A program made the position numbers and the translations under genes. From positions 1-64,000 of the forward strand of contig JBDRNT010000072.1 of the NCBI GenBank assembly GCA_043810925.1: a stretch of 64,000 nt of DNA, read 5' to 3'. Below the pieces are notes generated by a model that was not told the origin of the DNA, ran no database searches, and saw only the letters and a program-made list of their open reading frames with translations. How positions within the stretch are numbered: the first letter of the stretch is position 1; each line of letters opens with the position of its first letter. Below are positions 10,197-20,889 of the stretch, in pieces. The stretch is from Candidatus Eiseniibacteriota bacterium (GTDB lineage Bacteria; Arandabacterota; Arandabacteria; Arandabacterales; Arandabacteraceae).

Positions 10197-10871
10197 CTAA
10201 AGGTAGCCACTCTCTTTCATACTCTTGTAATCATTATCACCTATGATCAGGTGGTCTACGATTTCTATGCCGAGTATTCGACCGCACTTCTCAAACCGTC
10301 TCGTTATTAGTATGTCCTCCCGGCTCGGTGAGACATTGCCGGTCGGATGATTGTGCACGAGTATCATGGATGTCGCACTCTTCTCCAGTGCAGGCTTGAG
10401 CGCTTCCCGCGGATGCACTATTGACGCGTTCACCGTACCCACGGACACCGTCTCCACGCTTATCACGGCATTCTTCGAATCGAGCAGAATCACCTTGAAG
10501 TGCTCACGGTCCAGGTTCTTCATGTCTTCCATAACCAGGCACGCCGCGTCCTCCGGACATCTGACTGTTCGTATCTCGCCTCTCCCCGCCTTGACCACTC
10601 TTTTGCCCAGTTCGATCGCGGCACGCAGACGGCACGCTTTCGCAAAACCCATGCCGCTCACGCGGGAGAGCCTCTCGACGCTTGCACCCGCCATGTCACG
10701 CAATGACTCAAATGCAGACCCGACCTCCCCTGCCAGGTCCATCGCGCCCATCTGTTTGGTCCCCGGACCAACAACTATTGCCAGCAATTCCCTCACCGAC
10801 AGCGCCTCCACTCCGCAGCTCTTGAGCCTTTCGCGAGGTCTGTCCTCAACAGGTATTTCCTCCATCTTCAT
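10197..10871 (-). CDS. radC: RadC/JAB-domain protein
   Basis: DRPRERL, HPRE, HNHPTG..PSREDI, DHLIIG; start set at ATG 10871 with G-rich SD. Confidence 0.92.
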   Translation of the reverse strand: MKMEEIPVEDRPRERLKSCGVEALSVRELLAIVVGPGTKQMGAMDLAGEVGSAFESLRDMAGASVERLSRVSGMGFAKACRLRAAIELGKRVVKAGRGEIRTVRCPEDAACLVMEDMKNLDREHFKVILLDSKNAVISVETVSVGTVNASIVHPREALKPALEKSATSMILVHNHPTGNVSPSREDILITRRFEKCGRILGIEIVDHLIIGDNDYKSMKESGYL

Positions 10872-10909
10872 GAGTGTTCCCCCTCCCAACCCGTCGCACC
10901 CCTCTCACT

Positions 10910-12313
10910 CTAAACACACCAGTTGCCGAACTGTTCAAGTGCGAGCTTTTTCGGCTCGCTGGTAAAGCGTACAGGATAGTCACCCGTAAAGCAAGCCACA
11001 CAGAAATCATCCGCGGCCAGCCCCGTAGATTCCAGAAGACCTTCAACCGAGAGGTAACCCAGGGAGTCGACTTCAAGATACTGTCTTATCTCCTCGACCG
11101 AACAGTTGGCCGCTATCAGTTCGCCCCGGGTCGGGGTATCGATCCCGTAAAAACAGGGATGCTGTATCGGCGGCGAGCTTATCCGCACGTGAATCTCCTT
11201 GACCCCTACAGAGCGCAACATACGCATTAGTTTCTTAGACGTTGTTCCGCGCACAATCGAGTCATCAACCACGACTACCCGCTTGTTCTTCAGGAGCTCC
11301 CTGACCGGATTGTACTTGATCCTGACACGATGGTCCCTGATTTCACTCGTAGGATAGATGAAGGTCCTTCCCACATAGTGGTTTCTGATCAGACCGTGTT
11401 CCAGCGGGATCCCGGACTCCTCCGCGTACCCCAGCGCCGCCGCGTTGCTCGAATCCGGAACCGAAATCACCAGGTCTGCGTCGGCCGGTTGCTCGCGGGC
11501 AAGCCGCTTGCCGAATTCCGTCCTTACCGCATCCACCGACACGCCGAACACCACGCTGTCGGGCCTGGAGAAGTAGATCAACTCAAAGATACAGAGCGAA
11601 AGCCTCCGGCGCGGTGCGAACCGTTCCGAGGCGATCTCGCCCCCGCGGGCGATCACGATCTCACCCGGTTCTATCTCACGCTCGTACTTCGCATCGACCA
11701 CGTCCAGACCGCAGGTCTCTGATGCGAAGTAGATTGAATTCCCCTTTCGACCGTAGCACAGCGGTCTGAAACCGTTCGGATCGCGCACGGCTATGATTGA
11801 ATCGACCGTCATAAGGAGCAGGCAATAGGCACCACGGACACCGTCCGTGGCGCTTGCGATCATCGCCCGGACCGTGTCTTTCCCGGACTTAGCCATCAGA
11901 TGAACGAAGAGCTCGCTATCCATGGTTGACTGGAAAATCGAACCTTCCCTCTCCATCACGGTCCTGAGTTCAAGTGCGTTGACCAGATTCCCGTTGTGAG
12001 CTATTGCGAGCGGCCGGCCCTTGAGGTCGACGACCAGCGGCTGGATGTTGGACATTCTCGTCGAACCGGTGGTCGAGTAGCGGTTGTGACCTATCGCCAG
12101 GCTGCCCACGAGCCTGGACAGGATGGACTCCTCAAAACACTCGCTTACAAGCCCCAGTCCGTGATGGGCATGAAAGCAACTCCCGTCGGAGGTGACAATG
12201 CCCGAGCTTTCCTGGCCTCTGTGCTGGAGCGAGTAAAGCCCCAGATAGGTTAGACCCGAGGCATCTGTGCTGCCGAGAACGCCAAAGAGTCCGCACTCGT
12301 GTTTCAGATTCAT
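10910..12313 (-). CDS. purF: amidophosphoribosyltransferase
   Basis: ECGLFG, LQHRGQE, GHNRYST, DDSIVRGTT. Confidence 0.97.
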   Translation of the reverse strand: MNLKHECGLFGVLGSTDASGLTYLGLYSLQHRGQESSGIVTSDGSCFHAHHGLGLVSECFEESILSRLVGSLAIGHNRYSTTGSTRMSNIQPLVVDLKGRPLAIAHNGNLVNALELRTVMEREGSIFQSTMDSELFVHLMAKSGKDTVRAMIASATDGVRGAYCLLLMTVDSIIAVRDPNGFRPLCYGRKGNSIYFASETCGLDVVDAKYEREIEPGEIVIARGGEIASERFAPRRRLSLCIFELIYFSRPDSVVFGVSVDAVRTEFGKRLAREQPADADLVISVPDSSNAAALGYAEESGIPLEHGLIRNHYVGRTFIYPTSEIRDHRVRIKYNPVRELLKNKRVVVVDDSIVRGTTSKKLMRMLRSVGVKEIHVRISSPPIQHPCFYGIDTPTRGELIAANCSVEEIRQYLEVDSLGYLSVEGLLESTGLAADDFCVACFTGDYPVRFTSEPKKLALEQFGNWCV

Positions 12314-12882
12314 GCCCGCTTAACCTCCGCCGCGAAGTACTCCTCCGCCGGGTAGACCTCTGCATCCTGGCAGTGGGGGTTGGCCAGGAGCCCCTGTCTC
12401 CAGGCACGGGCGACCGCAATCTCCTCCGCGAGATCGCGTGACCGGGGCCCTCTGCCTTTCATCTCAATGACCCAGATCGTCGACAGCGAAACAGACTCGA
12501 CATCGGAGATTACCAGTCTCGAAGCCAGAATCCGGCTGAGCGACTGTCCTGCGATGTCTTCCTTATCGGTGACTTTGACAATGTAGGCGTCTGCCGCGTC
12601 CTCCGGCCGCTCCCAGAAACCGGCCGGCACTCCCTCACCGGGGAAGATCCGCATCACCCATCTGTCCCGGTTGGGATTCGCGAGGAGCACTGTGTCACGC
12701 AACAGGCCCTCCGTGATCTCGACCGAGCGCTCAGCCGCTTCAGCGCGGAACTTAAGCTCCCAGCACTTCACCCTTTCGACATGCGTTACTTCATCACAGC
12801 CGAACTTCCGCTTGAGCGTATCGAGCACGGTGAAACTCCAGGGATCGATTGCGGCAAGTTTGACAAGGACCTGAATCGTCAT
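12310..12882 (-). CDS. purS: PurS-like subunit, two tandem PurS-like repeats
   Basis: Coupled between purQ and purF; LLANP motif occurs twice ~100 aa apart in a 190 aa protein. Confidence 0.7.
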   Translation of the reverse strand: MTIQVLVKLAAIDPWSFTVLDTLKRKFGCDEVTHVERVKCWELKFRAEAAERSVEITEGLLRDTVLLANPNRDRWVMRIFPGEGVPAGFWERPEDAADAYIVKVTDKEDIAGQSLSRILASRLVISDVESVSLSTIWVIEMKGRGPRSRDLAEEIAVARAWRQGLLANPHCQDAEVYPAEEYFAAEVKRA

Positions 12883-13709
12883 AACGCCCGCTCCTCGATA
12901 TAGGTCTTGATCGACTCAAAGATCCCGGCCCCGGGCCCGCAGCTCTCGAGATCCTTCCAGGAGCCCCGCGCCTCCGTCCGTCTCTTCGACCACACGCTAT
13001 CAAGTGCGCCGGGTACCTGTCTCAGCCACGTGCTTCGTTCGGGATGCGGCATCATCGCGACCACATTACCTTGCGGGTTTGAGATTGCCGCTGCCGATAG
13101 CTCCGAGCCGTTCGGGTCATCGGGAAAGCCGGCTGCGGTCCCGCCGCCGGACGTACAGTATTTGAGAATCACCTGACCGTTATCTTCAAGGGCGTCGAAG
13201 AGACCGGCCTGCGATGATGTGAAGCACCCCTCGCCGTGCGCAATCGGTATCGGAAGAACGTCACCCTTTTTGAAACCGCAGGTGATCGCGCTCCTCCCGG
13301 GTTCCGATGCGACCCTGACAAAGACCCAATTGGCATAGTATCCGTCTCTTCCCATGCCCTTGTTGGGTGCGAGAGCCAGATCGATGCCACGTGTACCGAC
13401 ACCGGGTACGAGCCCCGATTCCACCAGCACCTGCGCCCCGTTACAGATTCCCACTATGGGTTTCCCGAGCGCCGCCTGCTCTATCAGCACGCCGGTCACG
13501 TCTTCACCTGCCGCTATGGCGCCGGCGCGCACCCTGTCCTGATAAGAGAAGCCCCCCGGCAGTATGAATCCGTCGTAGTCTGCGAGTGACCCCGCCGGCA
13601 CGTTCCACCTCACAATCGCCGCGTCCAACCCGACCTTCTCCAGCGCCCGGGCCGTCTCATACTCGCAGTTAACCCCCGGAAACTGGATCACGCATATACG
13701 AGGCCTCAT
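12879..13709 (-). CDS. purQ: FGAM synthase glutaminase subunit
   Basis: FPGVNCE, LPGGFSYQD, GICNG, AHGEG, MMPHPER. Confidence 0.96.
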   Translation of the reverse strand: MRPRICVIQFPGVNCEYETARALEKVGLDAAIVRWNVPAGSLADYDGFILPGGFSYQDRVRAGAIAAGEDVTGVLIEQAALGKPIVGICNGAQVLVESGLVPGVGTRGIDLALAPNKGMGRDGYYANWVFVRVASEPGRSAITCGFKKGDVLPIPIAHGEGCFTSSQAGLFDALEDNGQVILKYCTSGGGTAAGFPDDPNGSELSAAAISNPQGNVVAMMPHPERSTWLRQVPGALDSVWSKRRTEARGSWKDLESCGPGAGIFESIKTYIEERAL

Positions 13710-13718
13710 GGTATCCCT

Positions 13719-16091
13719 TTACCCTATCGCTCTTTCCACCGGCGAAAGCCAGGCGTCGCGCATCTCGGACGCCCCGAGGCTCACAACGGTCTCCCCACCG
13801 ATCTTGATGACCAGTGCATTATCACTTACGGTCTTGCCTATGATCTTCGAGACGACCGCAAACCTGCTTGAGATCTCCATAACGTCACTTCGCGAAGAAC
13901 TCGAGGTCTCAACCACGAATCCGCCGCATTCGGAGAAGATCACATCGTCATGCGTAAGACCGGGATCGCTCGTTAAGTCTATCTCGGCACCGAACTCACC
14001 CATACCCCAACCCCCGATCACCATTTCGGCAAGCGCTCCGAAAAGACCACCTTCGGAGATATCGTGGCACGCAAGCGCATGGCCGCTCCGTATGATCTCC
14101 GTCACGGCGTGGATCGCGCTTCGCTCCCCTTGGAGATCCAGCGCCGGTAACCTGCCTCTGCCGTCAAGACCGGCGGCCGCCATGAGCGCTGATCCGCCCA
14201 GCCCCGGCTTCCGGGCCCCGATGAGGATGAGATCGCTCGCCGCCTGCTTGAGGCAAACACTCACGGCAACCGAATAGTCGTCGAGCACGCCGTAGCAGGC
14301 CACCACGGGAGATGGCGGTATCGCTGCTCCTGATGACGATTCGTTATAGAAACTGACATTTCCCGAGACAATTGGAACGGGCTCCCGGGTACCGTAACCC
14401 CACAGTGCCCGGGCGGCGTCACCGATACCTCTCACGGTTTCGACGAAGTCATGGAAGACATGCGGGTCCTCGGGGTTGCCGAAATTCAGACAGTCCGTCA
14501 GTGCAACCGGGACCGCGCCGACGGAGGCGACGTTACGCATGCTTTCGCACACCGCAAGAGCGCCGCCCGTGTAGGGGTCGATCCTCGAATACCGCGGATT
14601 ACCGTCTACGGCCATGGCGACACCCAGGCAGGTTCCCGGAACACTTATCACGCCGGCATCCGCCTCACCCGGTTTGAGGACCGACATCCCCTTGACCTCA
14701 CTGTCGTAGTGCCGGTACACATAGTGCTTGGACGAGACCGAGAGCAGCGACAGAACCGACAGGCAAGCCGACTTGATGTCCCCGGTATCCGGTCTTTCCT
14801 CCCCGCCGGGGGCGGCCGCTCGCGGTTCGGACTTCCTGTCATAGGATATCCCCTGATTGACGATCTCAACGGGAAGATGGGCCACGACCTTGCCCGCCCT
14901 CGTCATTACAAGATCGCGTTTCTCAGTTACTCTACCGATCACGGATGCACGGGCGCCTCTATAGATGTGGGGCAGTTCGAAGTCGTCGTTGTATATCTTG
15001 AGGACTCTCTCGGATGCGTGCGACGGGACCGCAAGACAGTAGCGTTCCTGGGTCTCGCTGCATGCGATGGCATAGGATTCGATCGAATCGAACGCAACGT
15101 GGACACGGTCAAGATCGAGCTGGGCCCCGAAGCCGCCTGCACCGACCATCTCGCTTACGGCGCACGAGATACCGCCGGCACCGAGGTCCTTAAAACCCAT
15201 GTCGACACCTGAACCTCTGAGGTCTGCGATAACTGCCCTGGTTGCCTCTGTGAGCATTCGCTTTAAGAAGGGATCGTGAAGCTGGACCGCCCCCAGATTG
15301 CCTTCCTCGGTCTCATCCAGGATCCTGGAGGCCATGGTAGCGCCACCCAGACCGCTCATGTCGGTGGGCTTTCCTATCAGTATCAGGTCGTAGGCTTCCC
15401 TCGAAGCGGCTTGAGGTACGCGGCTCCTTATGATCTCCTTCTCCTCCGCGATACCGACGGCCACAACATTGACCAGGCAGTTTTCGTCGTAGCCTCTGTC
15501 AAAGAAGACATCGCCCCCGACGTTCGGCACGCCCAGGGCGTTTCCGTATTCCCATATGCCTCTCACAACACCCGCAGCTACCTCCCTCACACTCTCCGCT
15601 TTAGGACCGTCCGGGTCACCGAAGCGCAGCGCGTCCATCACTCCAACGACGTCCGCACCCATACAGTAGACGTCCCGCACTATGCCGCCTATTCCTGTTG
15701 CAGCACCCTCTACAGGCAGGATCTGCGATGGATGGTTGTGGCTTTCGTGTGCGACTGCAAGGACGTATGACCTGCCGTCTGCTTCGCCGAGTCTGACGAC
15801 ACCTGCGTCCTCACCCGGGCCGATGATCACCCGGCTCCCCTCAGTGGGAAGATACGCCTGGAGAATGGGTTTGCTGCTCTTATAAGAACAGTGTTCGCTC
15901 CACATGATGTCGAATATGTAGAGTTCGGTAACACTGGGGTCTCTCCCGATCAACGACTTTATCCGGCGGGCCTCGTCTGGGGCAAGATCGACTCCCACCT
16001 CCTTGAGTGCGCGTTCGATATCGGCGACGGTTCCGTCGACCCTTACCATCTGTACCGCTCCCGCCTGCTTGACCACCCTACAGGTTTTCAT
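13719..16091 (-). CDS. purL: FGAM synthase small-type PurL
   Basis: WSEHCSYKSS, ESHNHPS, DLGAGG, SETQER, DCLNFGNP, HDISEGG. Confidence 0.97.
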   Translation of the reverse strand: MKTCRVVKQAGAVQMVRVDGTVADIERALKEVGVDLAPDEARRIKSLIGRDPSVTELYIFDIMWSEHCSYKSSKPILQAYLPTEGSRVIIGPGEDAGVVRLGEADGRSYVLAVAHESHNHPSQILPVEGAATGIGGIVRDVYCMGADVVGVMDALRFGDPDGPKAESVREVAAGVVRGIWEYGNALGVPNVGGDVFFDRGYDENCLVNVVAVGIAEEKEIIRSRVPQAASREAYDLILIGKPTDMSGLGGATMASRILDETEEGNLGAVQLHDPFLKRMLTEATRAVIADLRGSGVDMGFKDLGAGGISCAVSEMVGAGGFGAQLDLDRVHVAFDSIESYAIACSETQERYCLAVPSHASERVLKIYNDDFELPHIYRGARASVIGRVTEKRDLVMTRAGKVVAHLPVEIVNQGISYDRKSEPRAAAPGGEERPDTGDIKSACLSVLSLLSVSSKHYVYRHYDSEVKGMSVLKPGEADAGVISVPGTCLGVAMAVDGNPRYSRIDPYTGGALAVCESMRNVASVGAVPVALTDCLNFGNPEDPHVFHDFVETVRGIGDAARALWGYGTREPVPIVSGNVSFYNESSSGAAIPPSPVVACYGVLDDYSVAVSVCLKQAASDLILIGARKPGLGGSALMAAAGLDGRGRLPALDLQGERSAIHAVTEIIRSGHALACHDISEGGLFGALAEMVIGGWGMGEFGAEIDLTSDPGLTHDDVIFSECGGFVVETSSSSRSDVMEISSRFAVVSKIIGKTVSDNALVIKIGGETVVSLGASEMRDAWLSPVERAIG

Positions 16092-17425
16092 CCTCTCTCA
16101 GCTCTCGCTTTGCCCGGATTATTCCCCTGGGGGGTGATTCCCGCATCCGTCAGTATCGTGTGAGCATGCCTTATGTAAAACCCGGGATCGAAGACACCCT
16201 CAAGCACATCCGCCCCGATCAGTCCGGTGACTTCCTCATCGGCCATGGAGACTTCCTTAAGATCCTGCCCGCCGGACGCGGTCAGACCTGCCAGCGCCTG
16301 CACCTTCTCGTATGCCCGTATGCGTTGCCAGCCGGCTTCCATCAGACAGATCATCAATCTCTGGGAGTAGATCAGCCCGTGAGTTAAGTCTATATTCTGT
16401 CTCATTTTCGCGGCATTTACCTCAAGTCCATCTAGAACCTGTTTCAGACAGCGGGCCATATAATGAACGACCGTCGTGCTATCCGGAATTATCACGCGTT
16501 CCACCGAGGAGTGGCTGATATCGCGCTCGTGCCACAGCGCGACGTTTTCAAACCCGGCCGCCGCGTGAGCACGTACGAGTCTCGCAAGACCGGTGATCCT
16601 CTCAAGGGTTATGGGATTGCGCTTGTGAGGCATCGAGGATGATCCCTTCTGACCAGGCGTGAAAGGTTCTTCCATCTCGGCGACCTCGGTCCTCTGGAGA
16701 TGCCTCAGCTCGACCGCCACCTTCTCCATTACCGCCGCCGCCAGCGCGAGGGTCGCAAGCAGGAAGGCGTGTCTGTCCCGCTGGACGACCTGGGTGGCCG
16801 GACGCTCGGGGTCAAGACCGAGCGAACCGAGTGCAGTGTCCTCGACGCCGGGCGGAAAGTGTGAATAGTTCCCCACCGCTCCGGAGACCTTGCCGACACA
16901 GACCTCGTCACGAGCCCGCTCGATACGCTGGACGGCCCTTGTGAAATCGTTGTACCACACCGCGAACTTAAGCCCCAGGCTCGTCGGCTCGGCGTGCATG
17001 CCATGGGTCCTTCCAATGGTAAGCGTGCACTCGTGCTTGCGGGCAAGCTCAGCAATCAAGTCCTTGACCGCTCTCAGCTCATCAAGAACGATATTGATCG
17101 AATCCCTCATGAGGATTGCAAGCGACGTGTCAAGCACGTCCGAGGAAGTAACACCCATGTGGAAGTAGCAGCTGTCCTCTCCCAGGCTTTCGCAAACACA
17201 TTCGACAAATGAGAGAACATCATGTTTGGTAACGCTTTCGAGATCCTTGACCCTCGCGATGTCAAAGCGTGCACTTTCCCTGATCCTCCGGGCCGCCTCT
17301 TCAGGGACCGTTCCTTCCTTAGAGAGTGCGTCAACGATTGCGAGCTCCACATCAAGCCAGGTTTCAAGCTTCCTCTCTTCACTCCATATCGAGGCCATCT
17401 CGGGCAGGGTGTATCTAGCGATCAA
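16088..17425 (-). CDS. purB: adenylosuccinate lyase
   Basis: MIARY, GRTHGMHAEP, GSSSMPHKRNP, HERDISHSS. Confidence 0.97.
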   Translation of the reverse strand: MIARYTLPEMASIWSEERKLETWLDVELAIVDALSKEGTVPEEAARRIRESARFDIARVKDLESVTKHDVLSFVECVCESLGEDSCYFHMGVTSSDVLDTSLAILMRDSINIVLDELRAVKDLIAELARKHECTLTIGRTHGMHAEPTSLGLKFAVWYNDFTRAVQRIERARDEVCVGKVSGAVGNYSHFPPGVEDTALGSLGLDPERPATQVVQRDRHAFLLATLALAAAVMEKVAVELRHLQRTEVAEMEEPFTPGQKGSSSMPHKRNPITLERITGLARLVRAHAAAGFENVALWHERDISHSSVERVIIPDSTTVVHYMARCLKQVLDGLEVNAAKMRQNIDLTHGLIYSQRLMICLMEAGWQRIRAYEKVQALAGLTASGGQDLKEVSMADEEVTGLIGADVLEGVFDPGFYIRHAHTILTDAGITPQGNNPGKARAERG

Positions 17426-17436
17426 AGCTGCCGCTC

Positions 17437-18681
17437 CTATTCGATCGGTGCTTCCTCAACATCCACGCGGATTGTTCTTTCGTCGCCCTCTCTGACGATC
17501 ATGAATTCAAGCACATCCCCGACCCGCGCTCCGAATATCGCTCTCCTGGCGGATTCAAAATCCCTTATGTGCCCCCCGTTGACCTCGACTATGACGTCAC
17601 CTCGTTTGAGACCTGCTTTCGCTGCGGGGCTTCCGGCGTCGACCTGCGACACGATCACGCCGTCAGTGCTTTCGATTCCAAGCGAATGTGCGATAAGCGG
17701 TGTCATCTCCTGCACCAGCAGTCCTATCCATATCTCTCTGATCCGGCCGTACTGCTTCACCTCATCAAGGATGACCTGCACGCGGCTGACTGGAATGGCG
17801 AAACCGATCCCCATCGAACCGCCGCTCTTGGTTATGATAAACGTGTTGATACCTATCAACTGGCCGAGGGAGTTCACAAGCGCGCCGCCGCTGTTACCGG
17901 GGTTTATCGCAGCATCGGTCTGAATCATGCCCGTATAGACACCGGTCACGTCTTCGCTTGTCTTGATATTGCGGTTAAGAGCGCTTATCACACCCACGGT
18001 CACCGTCGGGTGAGTATCCTCGAGCAGATAGCCGAAGGGATTTCCGATTGCAATCGCCCATTCACCGATTATCAGGTCACCCGAGCTGCCGAGCTCGGCA
18101 AAGGGAAGGTTGGTCCCGTTGATTCTCAGGAGGGCAAGATCGTAATCCTGCTGGCTGGCGATCAGGTCTGCGTCGAATTGCCTGCCATCCGTCAGGGTAA
18201 CCTTGATATCCGTACCGTCCCTGACTACGTGCTCGTTGGTGACAACAAGACCGTCCCGCGTGAGTATCACGCCCGACCCGAGGCTCGGCACCCTCTGGAC
18301 ACGCCGCCTCGCTCCAAAGTGATCCCGGAAGAACTGTTCAAAGAACGGGTCCCTGAATCGCGGTGACGCGCTCACCACCCTGGTCTGAATCACGGTAATC
18401 GAGACCACCGCCGGACCGACGTGCTCGGCGGCACGCACGATCGCAGACCGCCTCGAGGCCCCGATGTCCTCGGCCGGGCCGGCCGCGGGCCACCCCGTCC
18501 CCCCGGACTGGCCTGAAACACCTTGTTCAGAACCCGGTGACCCCTCATTCGTGCCTGAGGGTGTCACGCCCACCTGGTTTATTTCCGCGGTCCCTTGAGA
18601 ATCCAGGGCGGGCAGATACATCAAGAGTGCTATGGCCAGACCCACAAGACCCGAAACCAGAACGGCCAGGAACAGCTTCAT
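17437..18681 (-). CDS. HtrA/DegP-family serine protease with one PDZ domain
   Basis: N-terminal anchor; TNEHVV, YDLAL, INPGNSGG triad motifs; C-terminal PDZ (SPAAKAGLKRGDVI). Confidence 0.93.
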   Translation of the reverse strand: MKLFLAVLVSGLVGLAIALLMYLPALDSQGTAEINQVGVTPSGTNEGSPGSEQGVSGQSGGTGWPAAGPAEDIGASRRSAIVRAAEHVGPAVVSITVIQTRVVSASPRFRDPFFEQFFRDHFGARRRVQRVPSLGSGVILTRDGLVVTNEHVVRDGTDIKVTLTDGRQFDADLIASQQDYDLALLRINGTNLPFAELGSSGDLIIGEWAIAIGNPFGYLLEDTHPTVTVGVISALNRNIKTSEDVTGVYTGMIQTDAAINPGNSGGALVNSLGQLIGINTFIITKSGGSMGIGFAIPVSRVQVILDEVKQYGRIREIWIGLLVQEMTPLIAHSLGIESTDGVIVSQVDAGSPAAKAGLKRGDVIVEVNGGHIRDFESARRAIFGARVGDVLEFMIVREGDERTIRVDVEEAPIE

Positions 18682-18689
18682 TTCACACC

Positions 18690-19346
18690 TCAGATCTCTG
18701 CGCCGAGCTTCTTCCAGTCATCCAGGAACTTCGTCACGCCCACATCGGTCAGGGGGTGCTTTATCATCTGCCCGATCACCTTAAACGGTATCGTCACAAT
18801 GTCCGCACCGGCAAGCGCCGCCTCCACCACATGAAGAGGATTACGCACACTCGCCACGATCACCTCGGTCTCGTAGTCGTAGTTCTCGTAGATGGTCGCG
18901 ATCTGCCTTATGAGATCCATCCCGTAGTGGCTCACATCGTCCAGCCGCCCGACAAATGGGCTGAGAAAACTGGCTCCGGCCTTGGCTGCAAGAATGGCCT
19001 GGGTGGGGCTGAACACAAGCGTCGCATTGGTCGCGATCCCTTCCGCCTTGAGTCGCCCTATCGCTTTGAGTCCCTCCATTGTCAGGGGGACCTTGATCAC
19101 GATGTGCTTGTCGATTTTCGCCAGCTTCTTTGCTTCCACCAGCATGGCGTCCGCATCCTGGCCGACCACCTCGGCACTGACGGGACCCTGCACGATCTCG
19201 CATATCTTCTTCAGTATTTCCTTGAAGTCACCCTTGCCCTTTTCCCGTGCCAGAAGCGTCGGATTGGTCGTCACACCATCCAGGATTCCCAGGCTGGCTG
19301 CTTCCTGTATCTCCTCCACATTGGCGGTGTCGATAAAGAACTTCAT
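18690..19346 (-). CDS. tal: transaldolase / fructose-6-phosphate aldolase family
   Basis: [30 protein letters not shown]. Confidence 0.92.
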   Translation of the reverse strand: MKFFIDTANVEEIQEAASLGILDGVTTNPTLLAREKGKGDFKEILKKICEIVQGPVSAEVVGQDADAMLVEAKKLAKIDKHIVIKVPLTMEGLKAIGRLKAEGIATNATLVFSPTQAILAAKAGASFLSPFVGRLDDVSHYGMDLIRQIATIYENYDYETEVIVASVRNPLHVVEAALAGADIVTIPFKVIGQMIKHPLTDVGVTKFLDDWKKLGAEI

Positions 19347-19361
19347 CAGTTTCCTCCTTCC

Positions 19362-20111
19362 TCAATACTCGACCGAGACAAGATAAAGGCCATGCGGCGG
19401 GGCACACGGTCCCACCCTGGTCCTGTCCCGCGCCGAGAGTATATCATAAACGGCACCGGGTTCCAGCTTCCCTCGTCCGACCTCCACAACCGTCCCGGTC
19501 AGCATCCGTACCATCCTTCTTAAGAACCTGTTGGCGGCGAAGACAATCTCGACACCGTAAGGCGTTATCTCATCGACCCAGGCCTCCATCATGCTGATCC
19601 ACGGACCCCTTTCTTCGTCTTTCGTGGTATAGGCGGAAAAGTCATGTTCGCCCACAAGCCGTTCCAGGGCCTGGTTCATCGCACCTGTATCGAGATCCCA
19701 CTTGACGTGCCATCTGTGCTTTCTCCAGACAGATGTCGGTCTGGTGGAGATTTCATACCTGTAGAACCGTTTCTTGGCATCGAATCTCGCATTGAAGGCA
19801 AGCGGCACTTCGGCGGCTTCCAGGACTCTCACGTCTGCGGGGAGAAGCGAATTGAGCGCGTTTTTTATCTCACCCGGCTCGATCGAGGAAACCGAACTGA
19901 AATTGACCACCTGACCGAGCGCGTGAACACCTGAATCCGTCCGTCCTGCCGCGATGATCTCCGGTTCCGTCCCTTCAAGACCGCCAAGGACGCGGGCGAC
20001 CTCCCCTTCCACGGTTCTCACCCTGGGTTGTCTCTGCCAGCCGCAGAAATCACTCCCGTCATACTCTATGATCATCTTTACATTTTTCACATTAACACGC
20101 GGTGCGTCCAC
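19362..20111 (-). CDS. truA: tRNA pseudouridine(38-40) synthase
   Basis: YDGSDFCGWQRQ, AGRTDSGVHA, FLRRMVR, APPHGLYL. Confidence 0.96.
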   Translation of the reverse strand: MDAPRVNVKNVKMIIEYDGSDFCGWQRQPRVRTVEGEVARVLGGLEGTEPEIIAAGRTDSGVHALGQVVNFSSVSSIEPGEIKNALNSLLPADVRVLEAAEVPLAFNARFDAKKRFYRYEISTRPTSVWRKHRWHVKWDLDTGAMNQALERLVGEHDFSAYTTKDEERGPWISMMEAWVDEITPYGVEIVFAANRFLRRMVRMLTGTVVEVGRGKLEPGAVYDILSARDRTRVGPCAPPHGLYLVSVEY

Positions 20112-20114
20112 GCA

Positions 20115-20885
20115 TCACCTCATCATTATCATCCCCACCAGCACCAGGAGGCCACTACCACCAATAATAATCTCATGCCGGCCAAGTCTCAAGCCCGGTG
20201 TCTGTGGTACGCGATACCCGTAACACCTTGCCTCGAGGGCGAAACCGAGATTCGTCGCCCGTCTCAGGGATGAATCCATCAGAGGTATTATCAGTCCTAC
20301 AACAGAACGTACCCTGCCCGTCAGCCCATTTCCCGGCCGGCCCCTGAGCCTCTGTGCTGCCAGGATCCTTTCGGCTTCCTCGAACATAACAGGCACAAAC
20401 CGAAGTGAGATCGAAATCAGGGAGGCAAACTCGGCGGCTCGCCTGCCGATCCGCCCTCTCAAGCGCGCAAGCACCAGGATACTGTCCCCTATCTCCGACG
20501 GGCACGTCACCACCGTAAGCAGCGTCGCAGCGAGAATCATAAGAACCAGCCGCACTGAGAAGATACCGGCCACGCTGAGAGCGTCGAAACTGAACGCGAG
20601 CGCCCTGTCACCCCTCGGGAAGATCACATTGATGGCAAACGACAGTGCGAACATCCACGAGAAATACTTGAGACTGTCGAGGTAGAAGAGGATGCGAACG
20701 CGGGAAAGCAGACACAGGACAAACACATACGCGGCCAAGAACGCCAGGTGGAGCCAGGCCGTCACGAGCAGTATCGAGACGATCACGGCGGCGAACAGCA
20801 TGAGCTTCACAAATGGATCAAGCGCATGCAGCGGCGATTCGAGCGCGATGTATCTTCCGAAGCTCTGTCTTGCCCCGAGGTTCAT
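20115..20885 (-). CDS. ecfT: ECF transporter transmembrane component T
   Basis: SPLHALDP, ISLRFVP, AQRLRG, ALEARCY; hydrophobic. Confidence 0.88.
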   Translation of the reverse strand: MNLGARQSFGRYIALESPLHALDPFVKLMLFAAVIVSILLVTAWLHLAFLAAYVFVLCLLSRVRILFYLDSLKYFSWMFALSFAINVIFPRGDRALAFSFDALSVAGIFSVRLVLMILAATLLTVVTCPSEIGDSILVLARLRGRIGRRAAEFASLISISLRFVPVMFEEAERILAAQRLRGRPGNGLTGRVRSVVGLIIPLMDSSLRRATNLGFALEARCYGYRVPQTPGLRLGRHEIIIGGSGLLVLVGMIMMR

Positions 20886-20889
20886 AGGC

